From Chara braunii (lineage: Eukaryota; Plantae; Charophyceae): a DNA stretch of 64,000 nucleotides. The number at the start of each line of letters is the position of its first letter. The first letter of the stretch is position 1. The notes below the pieces were generated by a model. That model was not told where the DNA came from, ran no database searches, and saw nothing but the letters and a program-made list of their open reading frames with translations. Position numbers and translations under genes: made by a program. The stretch spans positions 4,689,050 through 4,753,049 of the forward strand of contig BFEA01000033.1 in NCBI GenBank assembly GCA_003427395.1, given 5' to 3'. This document shows, one piece after another, positions 34,626 to 47,845 of the stretch.

Positions 34626-35614
34626 GTCCTTGCTTCTCGCTTGGATGAGTCTCGTTAATTACTTTTTCACATCATTGCTCTATCGAGATGGACAATAACG
34701 TGGGGTGTGTCCTATCAAATCACAAAAGCGACACCTCACTTTCTTCCACTAATTCCTTGCTCGTTGAAGCGACGATGGTCAGGATTGTCCGTAGTCGCAT
34801 ACTGAACATTAGCGACTTTTGGTACATCCCGAGGTCGAGGTTGAATCTCCTCTCGTCTATGCCTTACATGTCTGATAACAGAGTCAACTGTACCCTTCCG
34901 CTTTTCATTATTACATTCCATCGACAAACCGATAAGGGCTGTCGACTCGGAATTTTTTTTTCTCATGACTTTCAAAGACTCTTTCACCTCATAAAATTCT
35001 CTTAAAATACGATCATCGAGCTGGTCTGCATTATTATTAGAGACGAACTGCTAACGCATGTTTTTCAGATCTAGATGAAGAACCTGATGAAAACCATCGT
35101 TCAAGGCATTCTTACAGATCTTTTGCCAAACAAAAGAAGACCTAACGCCTTTCAATAAAACCCGTATTTCAACCTCATAAAAATTCACAAGGAATATCCT
35201 ACTTTTATCCATTTCCGAGAGGTCCGAAACAAGACCGACTACTCGCTCAAACACAAAAAAACACTTTTTGAACGTAGGATATTTGTCACGGCAAACATTC
35301 CGGAGGTCATCGCGAGTCAGGGTTTCATTCCCGAGCTGGAACATGTCGAACATCGTTTGATTGAATTCATTCCAACTTTTGACTTCTGAAAATAGTCTCG
35401 CTACCTCCCAACGAACGTCTTTATACACCTATGACACCACTCTTTTCAACATCGTCTGCTCATCCCACTCATGAGCACCAACTAATTGCTCAAACGCTGA
35501 AATAAATTTCACAACGTTGTCACCATTAAAAATCGGGACATCAATCTTTGGAGCAGTCGCCACTCTTTCGATTTTCTCTCCGAGTGTTTCAACAACTTCT
35601 CCATTTTGTCCCAA
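34626..35614 (-). pseudogene. gag: Degenerate Ty3/gypsy-type gag
   Basis: PKIDVPIFNGDNVVKFISAFEQL...WDEQTMLK...VKSWNEFNQTMFDMF; in-frame stops; lies just downstream of the PBS. Confidence 0.75.
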
Positions 35615-35971
35615 GGACCGTCATTCATCCTGCTACCTTCTGCCATCTCGCAGCGAGAAGATTAACCTCCAAACGACGAGGCATAAAGTTAAAAAGTTGA
35701 AATGACTCGTGAGGCCCATCACTTGTTAACATATAAATAATATCGAACTTTCCTACTATTCCGTCGAGGTTAGCAAAAAATAATCAATTCATATTTTGTC
35801 CTCTAAGAAAGTAGTATTAATAAAAGAAGATGAATCTAACTAGCTTTTCAAAGTAGATTTGATAACGGTGTGTCATCGTACTTATTTTCAAAAGATACAA
35901 GTTTAAAATTAAAATAAATCAAAACAATACCCGAGTGCCGTTCCGCTAAGGACAACGATAGTTTGCCATTA

Positions 35972-35989
35972 TCCCCAGCAACGACGCCA
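35972..35989 (-). promoter_or_regulatory. Primer-binding site, tRNA-Asp type (Athila-like)
   Basis: Minus strand ...ctcgaCA gg TGGCGTCGTTGCTGGGGA vs recalled consensus TGGCGCCGTTGCCGGGGA; LTR-terminal CA at 35993-35992. Confidence 0.85.
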
Positions 35990-35991
35990 CC

Positions 35992-38900
35992 TGTCGAGAG
36001 CATCGGTCCCCGCCTTTTCTTGTGAAAAGGCGGCTTCCGTCTTTTCACAAAGCGCGGGAGCCCTCCCAGCTATGTCACGCAAGACTTAAAAAAAAAAAAC
36101 AAAATTCTAAGACAACTCGGAAACAACGTAGATTAATTCCGCGAGCCGCCAAAACGGTCGTGGTCGCGTCGCTCCTTTGTCGCTCTAACCGGGTGCACCA
36201 GATGTACATCTCGCGGTCCCCTACGACATGATAGGTTCCCGCGGGGCATAAACTTTCCTTCCCTAAGGGGTTGTCACTACCCTTAGGGGCGTATCCCTAC
36301 CGAGCTGTTGATCCATATATAAAAACTTTTAGATGCAATTGCAGAGGTAGGACAACCGAGGGCGTTTGCTCATTCGCTGTAGTATAGATACGCTTGGTTA
36401 ACGCCAAGCGAACCCCAACGTCGCCCGTCCCTTAGGGCGCTGATCTCCTAAGTACGAAGCACATGCCGGTCGACTAGGACGGTCTCAACCAAGCGTGAAA
36501 CCCAAATTCATCCTAGTCCCTTTGACATACAGTCAACCGAAAGTTGCAACAACCACATATATAATTATATCAAAAGGGATCGACCGTAGTCGATAAGAAT
36601 ATATATATGCAATCTGATATGATAACTAAAGAAAATTCAAAATCATCATCAAATACATTCAATAACACAAAATCAAAAATAAAATTCGACCACCCCGAGT
36701 CGAACTCCATAAAACAATCCTACAACCGCCAACAAGGAGTTGGTTACCGACAATAACATAGATGTAGTCGACAAGGTAGTCAGACTGCCTTAGTTTTGAC
36801 TTGATGAGATGTATTACCAAAGTTATTCATTCCAACCTATCGCCGACCTAAGATTAGACACGCTCACACCTGTCTCCATACTTTCTTAATCTTTTTGGAT
36901 AACAGACTGCTTTACAAATGATTCTTGATCAGGGGCATTGCTTGAAGTATTACATGCTTTTTCCTCTAGGAAGTGGTATGAGGTACCCGTCCTCCTTGTC
37001 CGAATACAAGACTCAAATTTTAGAAGTCGGGCCGTCTCCAACGAATCGGCGAAGTACCCTCCCGTAGAATGGTCCACTCTGGGTCGATAACAGGGTCGAC
37101 TCCTGAAGCAACGAACCCCCGCCCCTAATGCTTCCTAGAGATAAAATATGTGTCCATTGTTAGTAGCTTTCAATTATTATTATCTCTCTTGAGTTCAGGG
37201 TAGCTTGGATGAGAAGAAATCGAAGGAGATAAAAAAAACAAGAATCATTTGGATAGGTATAGGTAGATAAAGTCGTTCGAGATAGAAAGAGGTAATCCTC
37301 AAGAAAAAACTAAATCCGTTTGACCTTATCTACTTTATTTCAATTGGATTCATTCTACGACACACGCTGAATAATCTTTCTCAAAACAACAACTCCTTTT
37401 GACAAGCAGGCAGGTAAGAGGCAGAATGGAGACAATCTTTTTCATCTTCCCAAGTAGACACCATCATACTTCTCCTTACAACATCCTTCTACCTACCTGC
37501 ACAACATGCAAAAACAACAAGTTCAAGAGAAAACCAGTGCAATCTCATACTCAAGTAAGACCTCACCATTCACGTGCAAACAGACATTTCCTTTGCCTTT
37601 TCAATGAACATTCGATTGAACAAGGTCAAGCAAAGTATTGGTTCACATTGGTGTGAAGAGAAATCTGAGTCATTCTACTGACCTTGAGTGAAGTTTAGTT
37701 CGGCTCACTCAAGAAGACCGGGTAATATGCCAATCAAGTAAAGATATCCGTCGTCGAAGCCTAAAATATGTGGCTCACAACTCCACAAGTTGTGACATTT
37801 CCCCTGAACCACAGTGCTCGTCGTCCACCAAATGCCCAAGTGAGCAAGAGTTGGGCCCATTGAGAGAACTCAAGTGGAATAACCCTCTGGGAGGGTGCTC
37901 CCATGATCCAATCACATGTCGCCTCAACAACCCGGACAGTCTCAACGCACCCCCGATTGCAGTTCAAACGGCACCGCATCCTCTAAGGACAGTCCCAATC
38001 AACCGCAAGTCCACGCCACCTCCAATCACCATGTACGCTCACAATAGCCACACCAACATGCCAGTCCTGATCACAACAACCAGTCCCACCTAGTCCCAAA
38101 ATGGTCCCATATTGTCCCAGTGCAGTTCCACATCATCGCTCGCATCACCAGATGGTCGAGGACTCAAAACCTCTCACACCACGCACCGCAAAGAAAATAA
38201 AGGTGACCCTGGATGAAAATCACATGTGCCACTAGCCCCCCCCCCAAAAAAAGATGTCCTTTTGGCGCAAACCACAAGTGCCGCAACTCCAATAGCCACT
38301 GCCACGAACACTCACTCCACACTCTCTTCATGCCGTCGGTCCACGCACCACTGCCACACAGACCCAATTGTGCACCAGCGCAAGCCTAACCTCTAGGCCA
38401 CACGGGGATCCACCATAACCACTACGCACCACAAAAAAAACAACAGTGGCTCCCACTCGTCGTATCGCCAATACTGGTACCACGGTCATCTAGCAGCACC
38501 ACCACCTGCCGTGGTGCCAAACAAACAACACTTTTCCACACTACCACACAAATGTTGATGCCAACGTTGACGTCGAGCGATAAATTCGGCGGCACCTCCC
38601 TTCATAATATTGTGCTACCGCTAAATAAAATCGGTAGCATCATCCCACTGAAAAATGTTGCTACCACCTTGCCAAAAATAAAAATGGCAGCATTCCCCCA
38701 CTGACAACGTCGCTGCCGCTGTTAAAAACCGACAGCGCTTCCGCACCACTGCCATTAAAACCAGTGCCGCCGCCGCAAAAATCCGGCAGCACCTTCCCTT
38801 AGGAAGGTCTTGACGCCACGATGAAAGTCCAGCGGCATAACCCCACTAAAATAGGTGCCGCTTGCCGCACCGTCCGGACTGTAACGCAGAGCCTTACCAC

Positions 38901-39100
38901 CGCAGCACCAGCCCACATACACAACACACGCACAAGGTTGGGGCAAAAAGCTCCCAGCCCTTAGCTATAGCTGCCTCCCTTCTCCTTCTCCAACTCTCTG
39001 CAGACCTCCTCTCTCCTCCACCAGCAGCACCTCCACCTCTCCAGCACCACCGCCCCACAGTAACAGTCAGCCCGCATTCACTTAGGTGAATGGCCCAGCA
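35992..39100 (-). mobile_element. 5' LTR (diverged subfamily, outer part truncated or decayed)
   Basis: Homologous to 41411-~44000; similarity fades beyond ~37700. Confidence 0.75.
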
Positions 39101-39849
39101 GCACTGCCACAAGTGTGAGGCTCCTGGGTGGAGTGATATCTTTTATAGCCAGCCGATGGCTGTGGGCAGCTGCTTTGCCCACAACCACGCAAAAATTTGT
39201 GGGTGCTCCTGACCCTCGATCTAAATCGATGGCCTGGAGCCGTGTGCCTTGGTTTTCCCTCAGGAGAACCAAGGTCTTCAATCCCCAGAAGCACCTGGCC
39301 ATTTTCCCAGGCAAGGTGTTCCTGGAAAAGGCTGTACCCAACCATTTTACTGCTGCCTGTTCAAGACGAATAGGCGCAGTCCCATCAACCCCTAGAAGCT
39401 TCCGGGGCTGCACCTGTTCTGCGGCCACGACCATATTCGCAGCCGTTATTATATGTTTCTTTTTTTTTCCTTTTTTTTTCTCTCTCTTCACCCCTAACCT
39501 TTTGCCCCCTCATTTCTCTGTGCAGGGGCCAACTCACCGTTCAAAACGAACAGTCGCCCCCTCAGTATTGTCACAGAATCGAACTAGTGTCAAGCTTAAC
39601 AGGGGCTTCTCCCCCTTACTGCAACACACGCCCGCACCCCGCCGCAAACAGTGCCCGGTTCGGGCGCTGTTGAGTGCAACAGCCCGTTCTTGAAATCGGA
39701 CGGGTGCAACCAAAACCACACCAGAAGAACTAAGAAAAAACAAAAACACAAACAAATAAAGAAAACGAACAAAAATAAAAGAAAGAAGAAAAAAAAACTT
39801 ACCTGTTGGTGGTCACGTTGCAACCGCCGCCAGGTAAGACGCTCCTCTC

Positions 39850-39922
<73 letters not shown>

Positions 39923-39988
39923 NNNNNNNNNNNNNNNNNNNNNNNNNNNNNNNNNNNNNNNNNNNNNNNNNNNNNNNNNNNNNNNNNN

Positions 39989-40045
<57 letters not shown>

Positions 40046-41410
40046 ACTCTCACTCACGCGTGAGCGCGCGCGCGTCCGTAACTGGGTGCCAAAAGTGCCA
40101 GGTTCGGGGCTCCAAACTGATACTGTCCGTTCCAAAAGCAACAGACGCATGAAAGATGTCGTTGTCAAGAAATAATAAAAAAAATCTAAGAAGAAACACC
40201 TAAAAAAAATCTAAAACAAATTTGAAAACAAATCTAAAAACTAAAAAAAATAAAAGAAACAAACTGACCTGCTGCCCTATGAAAACGGGCAGCATACTCA
40301 TCTCATCAGGGCAGATGCCCTGTCCGAAACGAACGGGTGTTCTATCGATGGACACTAAAAAAAAGAAACAGAGAAAAAAAATTCTAAGCAAATCTAATAA
40401 AAATCTAAAACAAAAATCTAACGAAAACCTAAAGAAAACGAGAGAAAAACAAAAACAGAAACAAAAGAACAACCTTTACCTTGCTGCCGAATGGTCGTCC
40501 GTTTTCACGGGCACCTGCACTATTTGTGGGTATACTAAGTCCCCATTACTTCCCGCTGCGCCATTTGGCACTGCATCAATTTAATCTTTTTTTTTTTTTT
40601 TTTTTTTCGATTTATGCGTTTTTTCCTTGAAAGCGCAAGGGCCATGCTCTGAGGGGCTGATCTCAACCGCGTGATCCTGAGATCGCACGGCCGAGATCGG
40701 CCGCATCACTAGGCACCAGCTCAAAAAGGAGCTAGCCCGGTAATAGCAGTTCTCAGATTCGATCCTAGTGTCTGCTGGGTGACATTCCTGCATTGTAACC
40801 TACCGGGCTAGCTCCTACCACAGGAGCCATACCCGCAACCATTCTATATGAAAGGTTGCGGCCCAGTAGGCCGCCACTCTCAGGTCTAGGCAGGCTTAGC
40901 CCTACCTCACCGTTTCAAAGTCAGCACCCCGCCATCTCACCGGCTGGGGTTTAGCCCGATAGGCCCGATAAGCCACCTTCAGCCGAGAGTCCGTCGTCGG
41001 GCCTCGACACGGAGTCAAATCCCGTGGCCCAAGAAGAAAATAGGCTTCCTATTTCCGTCGCGCCACGGCCCTATACCCGGCTCGATCGTTCTCTTTAGCC
41101 TACTTAGGCTCTGAATCGTGCGGCTTAGCAGTCGCGCATCATTATTTTAGGTAGAATAGGTCTAACCTTAGCGTTCCCATGTCCGCACGCTTCTGAGGCT
41201 TCGACATCGCCATTCACATCCGTTATCCCGGACGCCATACACGTTCGGACTAAAGCTCGAAAACTTTTAGTTTCTCAGTCGTAGGTCAGGTCTGAATAAA
41301 CTTTTGGCAATCATCAGTCTCATAAAGTCCTTCAACTTAACGAAAGAGTCGGACAGCTTTCGACGTTGAAAAACCCCGATAAATACTCTTGTCAGGGTAT
41401 TTGCCCCGAC

Positions 41411-44400
41411 AGCGGGAGCCCTCCCGGTCGTGTCACGGAGAAGTTAAATGAAAATTAAACAAGAGACAACTCGGGGACGGCGCATAATTAACACTACGAA
41501 CCGTCGAGGCGGGTGTGGTCGTGTCGTTCTTTCGCCGCTCTAGTCGGGTACGCCAGCTGTACATCCCGCGGTCCTCTACGACAGGATAGGTTCCCGCTGG
41601 GCATAAGCTTGCTACCCTAAGGGGGTGTCACCACCCTTAGGGGCGTATCCCTACCGAGCTACCGACCCACGTGCAAAAGTTTTTACATGCGGTCAACCGA
41701 GGGCGTTTGCTCCTTTCCTGTAGTATAGGTACGCGCGGTTAAAACGCCTATTGAACCCGGACGTCGTTCGTTCTTTAGGTCGCTGATCTCCTAAGTACGA
41801 AGTGTAGGCCGATCGACAAGGATGATCTCAACCAAACGTGAAACTTCTTTGTCCCTTCAAACACGAGTCAAAAGAAAGTTATAACAATCATACATGGTTA
41901 TACCAAAAGAAACTGTACTTAGTCGATAAGAATGTATATCCCATCTTCAATGATAATCGAAATAATCAAAATCATCATTAGATACACAAGATCAAAATAA
42001 TATTCGAGCATCTCAGGGCGAACTCCACAAAAATCGTACAACCGCCAACGAGGAGTTGACTTTCGACAATAATATAAATGCAGCCAATACAGTAGTCGGA
42101 TAACCTTAGTTTTGACTTGATGAGATGCGCTGCTAAAGTTATTCATTCTAACCCACCGCCGATTTAAGATTAAACCCACATATCCGACTTCATATGTTTT
42201 ATAATCTTTTTGGGTGACGGGCTGCTTTGTGGATGATTCTTGATCAAGTGCATTGCTTGAAGTGTTGCATGTCTCACGCTCTAGGAAGTGGTCTGGGGTA
42301 CTCCTCCTCACCCGAGCACAAGACTCGGATCTCAGAAGTCGGGCCCTCTCCACCGAATCGGCAAAGTAACCCCCCGTAGAACGGTCCACTTTGGATCGAT
42401 AACAGAGTCGGCTCCTAAAGCAACGAACTCCCGCCCCAGATACTTCATTTAGAGAGAGGATGTATTCACTCTAAGTAACTTTCAATTATTCTTATCTCTA
42501 CTAAGTTCAGGGTTACTTGGACAAAAAGAAGACAAAGGAGATAAAGAATGAGAATCATTTCAACAGGTACAGACAGATAAGGTCATTCGGGATAGAACAG
42601 GTAATCATCAGGAAAACAATAAGTCAATTTGACCTTATCTGCTTTATTTGATTCGAATTCGTTGTACGGTGTGCATAAAATTGACATTTTTCAAAACAAC
42701 CAGCCCTTCTTGGCATGCAGGCAGGTGAGAAGTCAAAAGAAAACAACCCTTTTCTATTTTTTTAAATAGGCATAATCAATCTCCTTTGCAAGCATCCTTC
42801 TACCTACCTGCACATACAAAAACAACCACAGACCCAGAAAATCCAGCAACCCATATTCCCGTCAGATCCCACTTTTCACATGCATGACCACACACGCTTT
42901 ACTCAACCTTTTCTTTTAAAATGCTCAAAACAAACAAGGTCAAACAAAGTGTGGGTTCAAAAAGGTGTGAAAAGGAATCTGAGTCAATCAACTGACCGAC
43001 TTTGAGTGAAGTGGTGCCGAACGCGCTCTGGCTTGCTAAAAAAAGTCAAGAAATAATATGCTTGTCGTCAAAGAAAGCTTCAAGCCAACTGTTTGTCCTA
43101 ATCTGTTCCCCACTAGCAAGTCCCACACGCGGTAGTCCCAGATTCGATGACGGCAAGTCGTACGAGTCCTAAAAAAATTGTGGGTTCCAAGACAGCCCCA
43201 ACTGGTCCCACGTCTATCCCAACCGGTCCCAAGTGGTCCCTGATGATTCTACGCCACGAACATTCGCTCCTCACACATATTTCATAGTGTCGCGTTCGCC
43301 ACCTGCCACCACGTCTCATTGCCGTCACCGTACACTCCAACTCTGGTTGTACAACCTCATCAAACAAAACAGACGCCGCGCCGTAGAAAAAACCTCGGTC
43401 GCTGCCGTGCCGTAAATCCCTGTTGTCGTGTCGCTAATCCATCAACATTTCCACACCAAAGAAAAAACAAGTATCGCCTCGCCACTAATTCGGCAGCATC
43501 TCTCCACCAAAAAAATTCAAGTGTTGCCGCACCACAAATCCGGCAGCACTTCCCCGCTAAAAGAAAAATCAAGTGTCGCCGCACCACAAATCCGGCAGCA
43601 GTTCCCCGCCAAAAGACAGATCAAATGTCGTCGTGCCACAAATCCGGCAGCACTTCCCCGCCAAAAGAAAATCAAGCGCCGCCACGCCATAAATCTGGCA
43701 GCACTTCCCCGCCAAAAAGAAAGATCAAGTACTGCCAATCGAACAACACCTCCCCCTTGAAACAAACGAGTGTTGTCGAGCCAACACTCCGACGACACAA
43801 TCCTACTGAAAAAATGCAGCGTCGACGCGACGGTACTTCGCCGGCACAACTCCACTAAAACGGAGATGCGACCTACTACATTGCCGCAAACTGGCTCAGG
43901 GCCCTGGCTCCACCTAAAGCAACATCGCCTCTTCTCTACTCCCCAGCTCCTCCAACTTGTTCTCCAACTTGCAGACCTCCTCCAACTTGCTTTTCCAAGC
44001 CCTCTTTCAGCAGACCTCCAACACTCCTCCAGCTTCCTCACGGCTGCCTCAAAGCTCCTTCAAGGATCACTGTATACCCCTGACCTCATGCTAGGCCACC
44101 GCTTCAGTGTGCCTCTACCTGGGCTAGCCCCTCTTGATATAGTCATGGAGGAGAGAAACCCGCGTTGCTTTAGTTATGGGTTCATGTCTTTCTTTCTCCA
44201 TTTCACCTTTTGCTGTTAAGTCCGGAAATCGCTTTGTGATTGCCACTTGATTGCCACTTGTCATCTTTTGTTTACTTCCACCGTTGAAATCCGGAAGCTC
44301 AAGTTGTTGTAGCTGCGTACTGACAACCATAACTTTCATTTTTTAGATCTGGTTTGCCTCATGTATAAATACACAGCTCTTTGCAAGACTATGCATACCA

Positions 44401-45971
44401 TGGTGATGGCTTCAAGCAGCCTCACCAAGCTTTGGAGCAGTGGTCCAAAGCTGCCTCTCTTTCAAAATTTGAGGCTGGCTTACTAGTCTCTATGGAGTCG
44501 AACCTTCAATTGGTCCTTCCATGACCTCAATTCAAGGAAGAATGGCCACGACTATGCTCCTCATATATAAAGAATCAGCAGCCAATGACTGCTGCTAATT
44601 TTCCTGGCAGCCTTTTCCTTGCCTGGCTCCCGTTCTGACAGGTGCTAGCTAAATACTGAGGCTGGGAGGGGAACAATTAACTCGTGATATTCACGAATTC
44701 AAGTCTCGACAGTCTAAGAGGGGGTTCGAAAAGTAGCCCATCTTTGCTGATTTTTAATAAACAATTCGTTCAACAAAAACTTCTTAAAAAAATCACACAT
44801 GTAGGCTAGGTGCCCTCCTACCCCTAGAAAAAAATCAAGAGTAAACGAAAATCATTTCGGCCATGAAAACAATATTGGCGCGAAGTGAAAAATCTGAGTT
44901 TTTCAAAATTCTGATCGCGGGTCCTCTTTTGTTTTTCTTTGTGATTTTTTTATTTTTTATTTTTTATTTTTTATTTTTTATGCTAGCCTCAGCAAATGGT
45001 CACTACATCCTCGCGGCCCATTAGTACAATATCAAACTGTCTAAATACAGACTCAACATCGAATCCACCGGCAAACATGAAAACACAATCATTCTCCCTT
45101 CTTCCCATACCCATTTGAAATACATACTCAAAATGAAATCCAAAAGCAGCAAGCCGCCTTCACTCCTTTTAGGGGCAACAACGGAAATGCACCTCCTCCT
45201 AAAACATGGGGAGGCACATTACCTCGTGCTTTCACTCGTGGTACCATCTTTCCCAAGTCCAGGGGGCTGGGGAGCTGGCCTAAAAACAGAAAAAGAAAAA
45301 AATAGAAATAAAAATTTGCACTCCTCTAAAAACAGGTGCCCAACGAGCCTCTCATCCTGTGGCCAGCAGACTCAATCTGTTTGAGCCTGCAGGTAGGTCG
45401 GGCCCCTAACCCAACGGTTAGGCCTCAAACCTATGGCCAGACTTCCCGCCCCCACTAATCCATCGTCGGCCTCGAGCTCGGTTGTGGCGTAGTGCTAGGA
45501 CCGGTTTAAGTCTCCCTCCCCCATCTGTGGCTCGAACGGGTGCATGCTCTGATAGGCTAGAGCATCGACGTCCAGACCGCTAGATGTAGAGTTGAAGTCC
45601 TGCAAGCATACATGCAAAAAAATTAAAAATTAAAAAATAGGCAACCTTTTTTTCTCTATGTTGAGGTCGTGAACCAAACGGGGCCATTATTTTTTTGACC
45701 ACCCAGGCTGTAAATCCCGCGGTTGGTGCTATTAGGTAGGACGTTTCTAGATTTAGTACTCCACTAGTTGCATGTCGTTACAGCCCCTTGGCAAAAATGA
45801 AGTATCGCCAATTATCGCCGCCATTTCTGAATGCCACAAGCGTCCAGACTTAGATTTATAAAGTTTAGCCTCGCAGTCAGTGGTGCGGTCAGAATAACTT
45901 TTAGGCGGACGCGTCATTTTCAACAGTTCTGCGGTTGGAATAACTTTTAGGCGGATGCGTCATTTTTAACA
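41411..45971 (-). mobile_element. Third, nearly complete ~4.6-kb LTR copy (solo-like)
   Basis: Collinear with both halves of the split LTR. Outer end ...catttttaaCA, with a short terminal duplication; inner ~60 bp missing. Confidence 0.82.
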
Positions 45972-47845
45972 CTCTCATTCTGGGGCCGTCATGTCAAACA
46001 CAATAATACTCTGCTCAGAAGGATTTGGCGCGTCGAAGAACAACAGTCTTCCGGAAGAAACATCCTATACATCGGAAAGGGCACATGCAGGGCGAAAACG
46101 GGAACACGAGACTGTTTTCCGATACGTTGTTTTAGCTTGTCATGCACATAACACAGCATGCATTGTTGGACCAATGCTTAGAAATTCAAGCGAGATATGT
46201 CAAATCCACAGTATTAGCAGAAAATCCCAATGGACGACATGCAAGCGAGATATGTGAAATCCACAGTATTAGCAGAAAGGCTCATTAGACGAGATTCATG
46301 CGTTCGTTGGCTATCGAAATATATGATGAGGACAACAATTAGACACTGTACACTTCTCACTCAATGCAAAGTCCATGATGATGTAGTCTAAACAAATGAA
46401 AACGCGGCAATGGTTCTATGTTCATGGCACCACGAGAAAAAAAGGTTTTCAACAGCAGACGGAATGTAGCGCAAAACAGAGCGCTTTCAAAGTATTGACA
46501 ATGGAAGCATCGCACAAGCAGAAGAACCGAATAACGTATAGTCTGGACAATGGGAGCTACGACCACGACAGGAACGAAAAATTGCGAAAAGCATCTAATG
46601 ACGAAAAACATCTAACGACGACCGGGAACGACGAAGAACATCTAACGACGACGGGAAACTCTTCCGCCGTTGTACCCATCCAATATGCTAAATGTCGATC
46701 CAAAGGTTAGATATTGTGGATCCTGAGCGGTGTTCGTTTCAGCAAACACTGAAATGTATTCCATGCGTACGAAGCCAGAGTTTCCGACGAGAGAACTGCC
46801 TATAGCATCCCGAATAGAGGCCACTTTTGTCTCAACCTCGCGCCATGCGCCGACGTCGTCCACCTTGCCACCGACGACGATATCCAATTTCCCATCGACT
46901 TCTCTTTGAACTAAACTCATATCCCTTCCAGGCATAAACAACTCATTCCTCACATGCACAACAACGTCAATCAGGTTCCTAGTCCTGTTCGAACATGCAA
47001 TGAAGAGAACCCTACAAAAGGTGAAGTATCCCAGACGCAATCTGACACAGCAATCTGACACTGCTCGAGGCGACAGACAAGGAGATCGCAAAGGATACTA
47101 ATCGAGGAACTGTGAATGCCGCGCACAGTCGAGTAACTCCTGCTTCATCACACAACACCATATGCGCGGCGAGGCAGTCATGTATAGTCTAGAACACCGT
47201 GAAGGCGGTTCAGTTTCAACTCCGTACACAACTGATGCAAATGAACGGGACCTAGCATATCGGATGGCACAGGAATACAACTTCCAAATTCCAGCATGTT
47301 GGCGAACTTATAGTCGTCTGCCCACAGGCACTTCATTATCATGTTCTCCCATTGATACTCTTCCCAGGAGTCCAAAGGTTCATCGATAAACAGGACGACC
47401 GTCATCCAAGGATCAGAATCAACGTCCGCTATACTCACGCCGGCGATTGTTGTGCGCTCTCGACATCGGCGGACGTGCAGCGCACAAGGTGGGAAAGGGT
47501 GTGCCTTTCGCTCACGCCAAACTACAGGGGTTATCTAGTGAGAGATGTTCATCGCGACAACGAAGCGCCCTGCACGACACAAGTGCAGCAATCAACAACA
47601 GTACAAGGCCGGCGCAGAAGAGAACAATTATCCTCGTCCTCACAATGCAAACAACAACTTGAAGCTCACACGAAATTGCAGTGCACTTGCCGACCATGCG
47701 GACAGTCGACAACTTCCTGCACACGACAGACATAGCCAAGGGCTGAAAAATCACAAAGATGAATCTGGTATCAACCTAAGGCACCGTTGACAGAGGTAAC
47801 GAACCACTTGCACGTAGATGGCTTTGTTTAATCATGTCGTCAGTT

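Noticed and set aside
29048-39100. DIRS-like or foldback element with long inverted terminal repeats around gag
   Set aside because: Better explained by an inversion within a normal LTR element (PBS, PPT, reciprocal breakpoints); no tyrosine recombinase.
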